A stretch of DNA of 64,000 nucleotides. Origin: Planctomycetota bacterium. GTDB taxonomy: Bacteria > Planctomycetota > PLA2 > JAEUHO01. The notes under the pieces are model-generated. The model was not told the DNA's origin, did not search any database, and saw only the letters and a list, made by a program, of their open reading frames with translations. The stretch is from NCBI GenBank assembly GCA_965223505.1, contig CBDCWP010000038.1, positions 1-64,000 on the forward strand. Reading direction: 5' to 3'. The translations under genes and the position numbers were made by a program. Every line of letters starts with the position of its first letter. Positions within the stretch are counted from its first letter, which is position 1. This document shows, piece after piece, positions 42,996 through 53,732 of this stretch.

Positions 42996-43111
42996 GGAGA
43001 GCTCCAATTGACGGGCAGCCCAACAGGCTAGCAGATCCGCCGCGGCGGGGTGTCCAACGACAGGGCGCTGTTCAGCTCGAAAGACGAAGACCGTGCGAAC
43101 GTCCCGCGGTC

Positions 43112-44044
43112 GAGGAGGGCACCGCGTGGAGCCCGCGCGAGGACGACGAAGCGGCCTCGACGCGCCCAGCCAACGTGCCGCCTAGTCGTCGTCTTCGTCG
43201 TCCCGGGGCTGCGCCAGCGTGTTGTACGTTCCGCGCGTAGCGGGCGGCGCGTTGGATGGGATGCGGAAGGTCGATGAGGAGGACGACGCGTGGTAGCCCA
43301 CGCGCGGACGACGAAGCGGCCTCGACGCGCCCAGCCAACGTGCCGCCTAGTCGTCGTCTTCGTCGTCCCGGTGCTGCGCCAGCGTGTTGTACGTTCCGCG
43401 CGTAGCGGGCGGCGCGTTGGATGGGATGCGGAAGGTCGATGAGGAGGACGACGCGTGGTAGCCCACGCGAGGACGACGAAGCGGCCTCGACGCGCCCAGC
43501 CAACGTGCCGCCTAGTCGTCGTCCTCGTCGTCCCGGGGCTGCGCCAGCATGTGTACGTTCCGCGCGTAGCGGGCGGCGCGTTGGATGGGATGCGGAAGGT
43601 CGATGAGGAGGACGACGCGTGGTAGCCCACGCGAGGACGACGAAGCGGCCTCGACGCGCCCAGCCAACGTACCGCCTAGTCGTCGTCCTCGTCGTCCCGG
43701 GGCTGCGCCAGCATGTGTACGTTCCGCGCGTAGCGGGCGGCGCGTTGGATGGGATGCGGAAGGTCGATGAGGAGGACGACGCGTGGTAGCCCACGCGAGG
43801 ACGACGAAGCGGCCTCGACGCGCCCAGCCAACGTGCCGCCTAGTAGTCGTCCTCGTCGTCCCGGGGCTGCGCCAGCATGTGTACGTTCCGCGCGTAGCGG
43901 GCGGCGCGTTGGATGGGATGCGGAAGGTCGATGAGGAGGACGACGCGTGGTAGCCCACGCGAGGACGACGAAGCGGCCTCGACGCGCCCAGCCAACGTGC
44001 CGCCTAGTAGTCGTCCTCGTCGTCCCGGGGCTGCGCCAGCATGT
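43112..44044 (-). repeat. 164-165-bp tandem array: five extra copies of the rho 3' end, each with a hairpin element
   Basis: Copies of the rho stop codon at 43182, 43347, 43512, 43676 and 43840; the real stop is at 44004. Confidence 0.95.
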
Positions 44045-45338
44045 TGAGGAACGCCTCGTTGTCCTTGCTGTCGTCCATCTTGTGGATCAGCAGCTCCATG
44101 GCTTCCGCGCTGCGGACCCGGTCGATCACACGCCGCAGCGTGTAGATCTTCTCGAGCAGGTCCGGCCGGATCAGCTTCTCTTCCTTCCGCGTGCCGGAGA
44201 GTCCCACGTCGATCGCGGGCCAGATGCGCTGCTCCGCCAGCTGGCGGTCCAACACCAGCTCCATGTTGCCGGTGCCCTTGAACTCCTCGAAGATCACCTG
44301 GTCCATGCGCGAACCGGTCTCGATCAACGCCGTGGCGATGATCGTCAACGATCCGCCGTCCTCGACGTTGCGCGCGGCGCCGAAGAAGGCCTTCGGCTTC
44401 TCCAACGTACGCGAGTCGATGCCACCCGACATCGTGCGGCCGCCGCTTCGCTGCAGCAGGTTGTAGGCGCGCCCGAGACGCGTCAGCGAGTCCATGAGGA
44501 TCACGACGTCGCGCCCCGTCTCCACGAGACGCTTCGCCTTGCGCAAGACCATCTCGGTCAGCTTCACGTGCATCTCGGGCGTGTTGTCGTTCGTCGACGC
44601 CACGACCTCGCCGGTCGTCGCGCGCTTGAACGCCGTCGCCTCTTCCGGACGTTCGTCGACGAGCAGGATCATCAGGTACGCGTCGGGATGGTAGTCCTGC
44701 ACGGCCTGCGCGATCTTCTGCAGGATCACCGTCTTGCCGGCGCGCGGCGGCGAGACCAGCAGCCCGCGTTGGCCGAAGCCGATCGGGCAGAGCATGTCGA
44801 TGATGCGCAGCGTGATGTCGCCGTTCGCCGACAGGTTCATCGGCCGGTCGGGATCGATCACGGTGAGCTCGTCCCACTGCGGCGTCTTGTGGTAGAGGTG
44901 CGGCGCGACCCCGCAGATCGAGAGCGGCTTGATGAGCTGCGGGTTCTGCCCGCGGCGCTTCGGCGGCCCCATCTCGCCGTCGATCGTGACGCCGTTGCGC
45001 AGGCCGTACTGGCGAACGACCGCCGGGGCCACGTACGCGTCGTCGTTCGACGCCGCATACGTCTGGTCGGGGCGGCGCAGGAATCCGTGCCCGTCCCGCG
45101 TCGCATCCAGGACGCCGAACTCGTAGAGATCGAGCGTCGAGGGCGGCTCGAACGGGTTCGCCGGGTCGGGCGCGGGCGGATCCGGCTTGTCCGTCAGGGA
45201 CGTGATGATGCCGGCGTCGTCCCACGCGCTGTTGCTGACGCTGCTGCTGGCGCGTGCGCCACCGCCACCGCCGCCGCCCCCTCCCCGGGAACGCCCACGG
45301 CCGCCACGGCGTCTGCGTCTGCGACTTCCTGTCGCCAT
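44004..45338 (-). CDS. rho: Transcription termination factor Rho
   Basis: GHGFLR, PIGFGQRGLLVSPPRAGKT, LLVDERPEE, MDSLTRL, FFGAARN, EEFKGTGNMEL. Confidence 0.96.
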   Translation of the reverse strand: MATGSRRRRRRGGRGRSRGGGGGGGGGARASSSVSNSAWDDAGIITSLTDKPDPPAPDPANPFEPPSTLDLYEFGVLDATRDGHGFLRRPDQTYAASNDDAYVAPAVVRQYGLRNGVTIDGEMGPPKRRGQNPQLIKPLSICGVAPHLYHKTPQWDELTVIDPDRPMNLSANGDITLRIIDMLCPIGFGQRGLLVSPPRAGKTVILQKIAQAVQDYHPDAYLMILLVDERPEEATAFKRATTGEVVASTNDNTPEMHVKLTEMVLRKAKRLVETGRDVVILMDSLTRLGRAYNLLQRSGGRTMSGGIDSRTLEKPKAFFGAARNVEDGGSLTIIATALIETGSRMDQVIFEEFKGTGNMELVLDRQLAEQRIWPAIDVGLSGTRKEEKLIRPDLLEKIYTLRRVIDRVRSAEAMELLIHKMDDSKDNEAFLNMLAQPRDDEDDY

Positions 45339-45741
45339 ATCGGGTCCTCGCAATGCGATTCACTTCAGAGCGGCTGCGACCCAGGCCCTCGATTGGGCCC
45401 GAGTCCCGTCATTCGCCGGCGCGGTCCGCACGCATCCATTGCAGGGTGCCCAAGCCGAAGATGCCCCCGCTTGGGTGTGGCTGCGCGCGAACGTCGCCCC
45501 GAATGATGGCAAATGCCATGAGTGGGAAGCCCGTTCAGGAGGCCTCCCGGCGCTCTGCGCGGATGGAATGCTACGTCCTCCCCCGGCGCAGGCAACGAGA
45601 AACCACGGAAATGCCTGATCGACGCGTCGAATTCCGGTCCCTCCCGGCCCGAGGGCCCCGCGCAGACGTCGACGGGTCGCGGGCCGAGCGGCTACCTTGT
45701 GCAACCTTTCCCGCGGACTCCCCGCGGCCCTGGAACAGCTC

Positions 45742-47139
45742 ATGGACTTCGACGTTTCCACCCTCGGCCCGTGCCGCAAGAAGGTCTCGGTGACGATCTC
45801 CCCGGATCGCATCCAAGAAGCCTTCGACAAGAAGTACGACGAGATCAACGACAACGTGGCACTGCCGGGCTTCCGGCGCGGTCGCGCGCCCCGGCGCCTG
45901 CTCGAGAAGCGCTTTTCGGACAAGCTCGGCGACGAGGTGAAGGAAGAGCTCGTCAAGGCGGCCATGGAACAGCTCGTGGACGACAAGAAGGTCGAGCCGC
46001 TGGCCGCGCCCGAGATCGACATCGAGGCGCTCGAGCTCGATCCGAGCTCCGAGATGAAGTTCGAGTTCGAGCTGGTGACCAAGCCCGAGTTCGAGACGCC
46101 GAAGTACGCCGGACTCGAGGTCAAGGTGCCCCCGGTCGAGGTGACGACCGAGCACGAAGACAACGCGATCGACGACCTGCGGCGCCGCAGCGCGACGCTC
46201 GAGAACGCCGACACGACCGTCGACGACGGCGACGTGTTGATCCTCGACTGGGAAGCGCGCGACGGCGACAGCATCGAGTCGCAAGACACCAACGTCTACT
46301 ACCCCTTCGGCCGCGGCGTCCTGGCAGGCTTCGTCGTCGAAGGCTTCGACGACCAGCTGCGCGGCAAGAAGGTCGGCGCGGAGGCCACCGCGACCGTCCA
46401 GGTCGCCGCAGACGATCCGCGCGAGGAACTTCGCGGCCGGGAGCTCGCATTGACGGCGACGCTCAAGGAAGTGAAGCGGTACGTTCTGCCGGAGATCGAC
46501 GAAGCATTCTTGAAGCAGCACGACTACGACGACGCGGACGAGCTGCGCGCCGACATGAACAAGCAGCTCACCCGCGCGATGAAGCGCAACCAGGAGCGCG
46601 ACGCCGAGACACGCCTCGTCGATCAGATCGTCGACGCGGTCGAGATCGAGCTGCCTGAAGAGTTCGTCGAGCGCGAGCTCGAGACCTGGGCGCAGCGCAA
46701 GCGAATGTCGCTGCAGGTCGAGAACGTCGCCGAGGATGAGATCGCCAAAGCGGTCGACGCCGACGCCGACGACGCCAAGTCGTCGATCGAGCAGGACATG
46801 CGCAAGTTCTTCCTGCTGGATCGCATCGCGGACGAAGAGGAGATCGAGGCGACGGAAGCCGACATGTCGGCCGCGATCCAGGAGATGGCCATGGCTTACG
46901 GCCGGCCGTTCGAGGAGATCGCCGGCTCGTTCCGCGACCCCAACCGCCTGAGCGAGCTCAGGACGATGATTCGCCATCGCAAGGCGCGCGAGCGCATGCG
47001 GACCGTCGCGAAGATCGTCGAAGACGCGTCGCTCGCGGAGCCGAAGAAGGCGGCGAAGAAGAAGGCGGCCAAGAAGAAACCCGCCGCGAAGAAGAAGGCC
47101 GCCAAGAAGAAGGCGGCGAAGAAGAAGACGGCGAAGTAA
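45742..47139 (+). CDS. tig: Trigger factor
   Basis: LPGFRRGRAP signature, FKBP-like middle domain, position upstream of clpP-clpX, Lys/Ala-rich tail. Confidence 0.92.
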   Translation: MDFDVSTLGPCRKKVSVTISPDRIQEAFDKKYDEINDNVALPGFRRGRAPRRLLEKRFSDKLGDEVKEELVKAAMEQLVDDKKVEPLAAPEIDIEALELDPSSEMKFEFELVTKPEFETPKYAGLEVKVPPVEVTTEHEDNAIDDLRRRSATLENADTTVDDGDVLILDWEARDGDSIESQDTNVYYPFGRGVLAGFVVEGFDDQLRGKKVGAEATATVQVAADDPREELRGRELALTATLKEVKRYVLPEIDEAFLKQHDYDDADELRADMNKQLTRAMKRNQERDAETRLVDQIVDAVEIELPEEFVERELETWAQRKRMSLQVENVAEDEIAKAVDADADDAKSSIEQDMRKFFLLDRIADEEEIEATEADMSAAIQEMAMAYGRPFEEIAGSFRDPNRLSELRTMIRHRKARERMRTVAKIVEDASLAEPKKAAKKKAAKKKPAAKKKAAKKKAAKKKTAK

Positions 47140-47178
47140 CCCGAATCAAGGTCTCGAACCAACAGCGTGGAAGCACAC

Positions 47179-47868
47179 ATGTCATTCGACCCGTACGCGC
47201 ACGGCAACGAGCAATTCACCAAGGGCCCGTGGGGCTACATCCCCAACCCGACGATCATCGAGCGAACCGGTCGTGGTGAGCGCCACTACGACATCTGGAG
47301 CCGGCTGCTGGAGGACCGCATCATCTTCCTCGGCACGCCGATCAACGACACGGTCGCCAACTTCCTGACCGGGCAGCTGCTCTTCCTCGAGAAGGCGGAT
47401 CGCAACCGCGACGTGCACCTGTACATCAACAGCCCCGGCGGCTCGATCAGCGCCGGCCTCGCCGTGTACGACACGATGCAGTACATCTCGTGCCCGGTTG
47501 AGACCGTGTGTATCGGGAGCGCGGCCAGCATGGGCGCGCTGCTGCTCGCGGCGGGCACGCCCGGCAAGCGCTACGCGCTGTCGAACGCGCGCATCATGAT
47601 CCACCAGCCGTGGGGCGGTGCGCAGGGCACGGCGGCCGACATCGAGATCCAGGCCGAGGAGATCCTCGAAGCGCGGCGCATCATCAACGGCATCCTCGCC
47701 AGCCATACGGGCCGCCCGATCGAGGAGATCGAGCGCGACACCGAGCGCGACAAGTACCTCGCCGCGAACGACGCCCGGGAGTACGGCATCATCGACGAGG
47801 TGCTGGAGCCCAAGAAGGGCCCGGGCGCCGACGCGAACGACGGAAAGTCGGGCGAAAACGGCAAGTAA
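47179..47868 (+). CDS. clpP: ATP-dependent Clp protease proteolytic subunit
   Basis: [24 protein letters not shown]. Confidence 0.96.
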   Translation: MSFDPYAHGNEQFTKGPWGYIPNPTIIERTGRGERHYDIWSRLLEDRIIFLGTPINDTVANFLTGQLLFLEKADRNRDVHLYINSPGGSISAGLAVYDTMQYISCPVETVCIGSAASMGALLLAAGTPGKRYALSNARIMIHQPWGGAQGTAADIEIQAEEILEARRIINGILASHTGRPIEEIERDTERDKYLAANDAREYGIIDEVLEPKKGPGADANDGKSGENGK

Positions 47869-47997
47869 CAGGACGTGGCCCGTCGTTTGCCGGATGTAAA
47901 CACCGGTCCCTGCATCGGTTGCACATCGGAACCTGGGCGCGGCTGCGCCGCACGCTAGACTTACGGCGCCCCGAAAGCTCAGCGGAGAGATCAGCGG

Positions 47998-49304
<1,307 letters not shown>

Positions 49305-49308
<4 letters not shown>

Positions 49309-50354
49309 CCCCCTCGGACGCGCAGACCGTCTCCCTCTCTGCGATGTCGCCGGCGGAGATCGAAGCGCTCGTCGTGAGCTGGGACGAGCCCGCCTACCGC
49401 GCGAAGCAGATCTTCCAGGCCGTGCAGCGCGACGGCGTGCTGGATCCGGATCGCATCACGACGTTGCCGCTGGCGCTGCGCGAGCGCATGCAGGCGTCCT
49501 GCACGCCGGCGACGAAGCTGGTCGAGGCGCAGACGTCCGCCGACGGCACGCGCAAGTACCTCTTCGAGCTTCGCGACGGGAAGCGCGTCGAGTCGGTGCT
49601 CATTCCCGAGGGCGACCGCGCGACGGTATGCGTCTCGGCCCAGGTCGGGTGCCCGATTGCCTGCGTGTTCTGCGCGTCGGGCGTCAAGGGCCTGATTCGC
49701 AACCTCGATGTCGCCGAGATCGCGGAACAGCTGCTTCACGTCGCCGCCGACCTCGGCAAGCGGCCCACCAACATCGTGATGATGGGCATGGGCGAGCCGC
49801 TGCTCAATCTGAAGAACGTCGCGGCGGCGATTCGGCTCTGGACCCACGAGCAGGGCATGAACTTCTCGCCGCGGCGCATCACGGTCTCGACGGCCGGCAC
49901 GCCCGCGAAGATCGACCAGCTTGCGGAGATGGCGCTCGGCGTCCAGCTGGCGATCTCGTTGCACGCGCCCAACGACGAGGTGCGCGCCGAGCTGGTTCCG
50001 GGCAGCCCGCAGGGGCGCGTTCGGGGACTCGTCGATGCCGCCGCGCGATTCGCCAAGTCCACCCGCCGCGATGCGACGGTCGAGTACGTGCTGATCGGCG
50101 GGCTGAACGACCGCCCGGAGCACGCCCGCGACCTGGCGGACGCGGTGCGCGGCCGGCACATCCACGTCAATCTCATTCCGCTCAACCCCGTCGGGCACCG
50201 TCCGGACCTGAGACCACCGTCGGACGTCGCGGCGGAGGGGTTCGCGCGCTACCTCAAGGAACGCGGCGTGTCGGTCACGCTGCGCACGCAGCGCGGCGAG
50301 GACATCGACGCCGCGTGCGGACAGCTTGCGTTGGAGCGCTCTCTCAGCGAGTAG
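49305..50354 (+). CDS. rlmN: 23S rRNA/tRNA m2A methyltransferase (radical SAM)
   Basis: [36 protein letters not shown]. Confidence 0.93.
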
Positions 50355-50398
50355 CGAATCCGGTTCGCGGCGCGCGCCGTTCCGCGTAGCTTGCCCCG

Positions 50399-50728
50399 AT
50401 GGACGTCACCGAGGACCTCGTTCGCCACGTCGCGCAGCTGGCGCGTCTCGATCTCACCGAGGAAGAGGTGCGTTCGATGCAACCCCAGCTGGCGCGCATC
50501 TTCGAGCACGTCGAGGGGCTCCAGTCACTCGACGTCGGCGACGCGGACCCGGCGACCCTCGCCCCCATCGACCTGGAGGCGCTTCGGGACGACGTCGAAG
50601 GCCCGACGCTGACGACGCGCGAGGTGATGGGCAACGCGCCGGATCACGACGGCTTCTTCATCGTCGTGCCGCGCTTCTTCGACGACGACGGCGGCGCCTC
50701 CGACGGCGAAGACGGGGACGCGCCGTGA
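50399..50728 (+). CDS. gatC: Asp/Glu-tRNA amidotransferase subunit C
   Basis: VRHVAQLARL, LRDD, NAP...FFIVPR. Confidence 0.93.
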   Translation: MDVTEDLVRHVAQLARLDLTEEEVRSMQPQLARIFEHVEGLQSLDVGDADPATLAPIDLEALRDDVEGPTLTTREVMGNAPDHDGFFIVVPRFFDDDGGASDGEDGDAP

Positions 50729-52209
50729 CGCACCCGCTCGACACGTCCGTCGCCGAGATGGCCCGCCGCGTGCGCGATCCGGACGACGACCTGACCGCGC
50801 GCGCGCTCGTCGACGAGAGCCTGCGCCGCATCGAAGCCCTCGACGAGCGCGTCAACGCGTTCCTGTGCACGACGGCCGAGCTCGCGCGCGATCAGGCGGG
50901 CGCCGTCGACGCGGCCGTGACGGCAGGCAAGGACGTCGGCGCGCTGGCGGGCGTGCCGTTGGCGGTGAAGGACAACCTGGCCGTTCCGGGCGTGCCCCTG
51001 ACGTGCTCGTCGAAGATCCTCGGGGACTACGTGCCGCCGCGTTGGGCGACGAGCGTCGAGCGCGCCGTTGCCGCCGGCGCGTGCATCGTCGGCAAGACCA
51101 ACCTGGACGAGTTCGCGATGGGCTCGTCGACCGAGAACTCCGCCTTCGGCCCCACGCGCAACCCGTTCGACCTCGAGCGGGTGCCGGGCGGTTCGTCGGG
51201 CGGCAGCGCCGCGGCGGTGGCCGCCGGCATGGTGCCGCTCGCCCTGGGCAGCGACACGGGCGGCTCGATCCGCCAGCCCGCGGGACTGTGCGGCATCACG
51301 GGCATCAAGCCGTCGTACGGACGCGTTTCGCGCAACGGTCTCGTGGCCTTCGCGTCGAGCCTCGACCAGGTCGGGCCGCTGGCGCGCTCGGTGGACGACG
51401 CGACCACGTTGCTGGATGTGATCGCCGGCCCCGATCCGCTCGACGCCACGACGGTAGCGTACGACCACGGTGTGTCGAGCAGCACGGCCGACGACGTGCT
51501 GTCCGGTCTGCGCGTCGGGCGCGTCGAGGAGTTCGCGCTGGCAGGCGACGAGTACACCGACGCCCGCGAGTCGGTGGAGGCCGTTCGCGAGCGGCTCTTC
51601 GATGCGGGCGCGACCGACGTGCCGCTGTCGATGCCGATCACGTCGGGTTCGATCCCGATCTACTACGTCGTGGCGCCGGCGGAGGCATCGAGCAACCTCG
51701 CGCGGTTCGACGGCGTGCGCTACGGCATCCGCGAGCGCGGCGACAGCTTGCAGGACCTGTACGCGCGCACGCGCGACGCGGGGTTCGGCGCCGAGGTCAA
51801 GCGCCGCATCCTGATCGGCACGTTCGCGCTGTCCGCGGGCTATGCGGACGCGTACTACAAGAAGGCGATGTCGGCACGCGCGGCCTTACGCGACGGGTTC
51901 CGCGCGGCGTTCGAGGAGGCGGACGTGATCGTCTCGGGAACGACGCCCCAAAGCGCGTTCCGCATCGGCGAGAAGACGGACGACCCGCTCTCGATGTATC
52001 TGTGCGACGTGCTGACGGTCGCCGCCAACCTGGCCGGCGTTCCGGCGATGTCGATTCCCTGTGGCACCGACGCGAGCGGACTGCCGCTGGGCTTGCAGGT
52101 GTGGGCGCCGCTCGGCCGCGAAGACCGCATGATCGCGGTCGCGCGCGCCATCGAAGCCATGTTGCCGAATGCGCCGCGTTCTCCATTGGCCGAGGAGGTG
52201 TCCGCATGA
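50725..52209 (+). CDS. gatA: Asp/Glu-tRNA amidotransferase subunit A
   Basis: AVKDN, GKTNLDEFAMGSSTE, GGSSGGS, GSDTGGSIRQP, SSNLARFDG. Confidence 0.96.
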   Translation: MTHPLDTSVAEMARRVRDPDDDLTARALVDESLRRIEALDERVNAFLCTTAELARDQAGAVDAAVTAGKDVGALAGVPLAVKDNLAVPGVPLTCSSKILGDYVPPRWATSVERAVAAGACIVGKTNLDEFAMGSSTENSAFGPTRNPFDLERVPGGSSGGSAAAVAAGMVPLALGSDTGGSIRQPAGLCGITGIKPSYGRVSRNGLVAFASSLDQVGPLARSVDDATTLLDVIAGPDPLDATTVAYDHGVSSSTADDVLSGLRVGRVEEFALAGDEYTDARESVEAVRERLFDAGATDVPLSMPITSGSIPIYYVVAPAEASSNLARFDGVRYGIRERGDSLQDLYARTRDAGFGAEVKRRILIGTFALSAGYADAYYKKAMSARAALRDGFRAAFEEADVIVSGTTPQSAFRIGEKTDDPLSMYLCDVLTVAANLAGVPAMSIPCGTDASGLPLGLQVWAPLGREDRMIAVARAIEAMLPNAPRSPLAEEVSA

Positions 52210-53648
52210 GCACGCCTCGGCTCATCGTCGGCATGGAGGTGCACCTGCAGCTCAAGACGAAGACGAAGTGCTTCTCCGCGAGCCCGGTGAACTTCGGCGC
52301 CGATCCGAACTCGCTGACGGATCCCGTCGTGCTGGGCCTGCCGGGCGCGCTGCCGGTCCTCAACCGCGAGGCCGTGCGACTGGCCGTGCGCACGGGCTTG
52401 GCGTTGGGGTGCGAGATCGCCGACGTCACGAAGTGGGACCGCAAGAACTACTTCTATCCGGACCTTCCGAAGGGCTACCAGATCAGCCAGTACGACAAGC
52501 CCTTGTGCGTGAACGGCGCGGTCGAGATCGACGACGACGAGGGCAATCCGAAGCAGATCCGCATTCGCCGCGCGCACCTCGAAGAGGACACGGGCAAGTC
52601 GACCCACGACGAAGGCGGCGCGAAGTCGCGGGTGGACCTGAACCGCGCGGGCACGCCGCTGCTCGAGATCGTGTCGGAGCCGGACATCGCTTCGTCGGGC
52701 GAAGCGGCGCGATACCTCGACGCCTTGCGCGAGATCGTCGCGTACGTGGGCACGTCGGACGCCAACATGGAGGAGGGCAACCTGCGCTGCGAGCCGAACA
52801 TCAACCTGGTGTTCGAGAACGGCGACCGCTCCCCCATCGTCGAGGTCAAGAACGTCAACTCGGTGCGCAACGTGGCGAACGCGATCGAGTACGAGATCGT
52901 GCGCCAGACGAAGGCGTACGAGGAGAACGGCGAGACGATCGAGAACACACCGCGCTCGACGCGCGGATGGCACGACGACAACGAAGCGACGGTGCACCAG
53001 CGCTTCAAGGAATCGGAGGACGACTACCGCTACTTCCCGGAGCCCGATCTGCCGCCGCTGCGCATCGCGCGGGACTTCGTGGAGACGGAACGCGCTGCCT
53101 TGCCGGAGCTCGCGCGGGCGCGGCGGGCGCGTTACGAGGCCGAGTATTCACTCTCGACGTACGACGCGGGCGTGTTGACGGCCGATCCGGCGGTGTCGAA
53201 CTGGTTCGAGGCGGTGCTGGACGTCGGTCGCGACCCCAAGGCGGCGGCGAACTGGGTGACGGGCGAGCTGATGCGTCACTTGAACGAGCACAAGCTCTCG
53301 TTGGCGGACGTGAAGCTGGCGCCGGCGGGCCTCGGCGAGCTGATCGACCTGCAGTCGGCTGGCACGATCAACGCGCGGACGGCGAAGGAGCTGTTCCGCG
53401 AGATCGTGTCGACGGGCGAGTCGGCCAAGCAGCTCGTGGACGAGCGCGGGTTGGGGCAGGTCTCGGACACGGATGCGATTCGCGCGGCGTGCGAGGCGGC
53501 GATCGTGGCGCAGCCGGCGGCGGCCCAGGACTTCAAGTCGGGCAACGACAAGGCGATCGGCCGACTCATCGGCGAGACGATGAAGGCGCTCGGCGGCCGC
53601 GGTGACCCGGCGCTGGTGCGCAAGGTTCTGATCGAGCTGTTGCGCTAG
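52206..53648 (+). CDS. gatB: Asp/Glu-tRNA amidotransferase subunit B
   Basis: GMEVHLQL, RKNYFYPDLPKGYQISQ, HLEED, DYRYFPEPDL. Confidence 0.97.
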   Translation: MSTPRLIVGMEVHLQLKTKTKCFSASPVNFGADPNSLTDPVVLGLPGALPVLNREAVRLAVRTGLALGCEIADVTKWDRKNYFYPDLPKGYQISQYDKPLCVNGAVEIDDDEGNPKQIRIRRAHLEEDTGKSTHDEGGAKSRVDLNRAGTPLLEIVSEPDIASSGEAARYLDALREIVAYVGTSDANMEEGNLRCEPNINLVFENGDRSPIVEVKNVNSVRNVANAIEYEIVRQTKAYEENGETIENTPRSTRGWHDDNEATVHQRFKESEDDYRYFPEPDLPPLRIARDFVETERAALPELARARRARYEAEYSLSTYDAGVLTADPAVSNWFEAVLDVGRDPKAAANWVTGELMRHLNEHKLSLADVKLAPAGLGELIDLQSAGTINARTAKELFREIVSTGESAKQLVDERGLGQVSDTDAIRAACEAAIVAQPAAAQDFKSGNDKAIGRLIGETMKALGGRGDPALVRKVLIELLR

Positions 53649-53703
53649 CGGTCCGGTTGCGTGAGTGGGGGGCAGCTCCTCTCCGAGAAAGGCTCGGGGC
53701 TGT

Positions 53704-53721
53704 GCGTCGTGACCACGGCGC
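53704..53721 (-). promoter_or_regulatory. Candidate SECIS hairpin with GGUC loop
   Basis: GCG(C)CGU-GGUC-ACG(A)CGC, loop 18 nt after the UGA at 53733-53735. Confidence 0.5.
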
Positions 53722-53732
53722 CCGCCCTAGCC

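Noticed and set aside
39075..43031. 1318-aa plus-strand ORF and similar long shadow ORFs elsewhere
   Set aside because: Antisense mirrors of recognisable genes, caused by stop-codon scarcity.
43028..43958. Repetitive ORFs in the rho-downstream array
   Set aside because: They are by-products of the tandem repeat, with no SD or coding bias.
43112..44044. CRISPR array
   Set aside because: Units are near-identical over their whole 164 bp, with no unique spacers and no cas genes.
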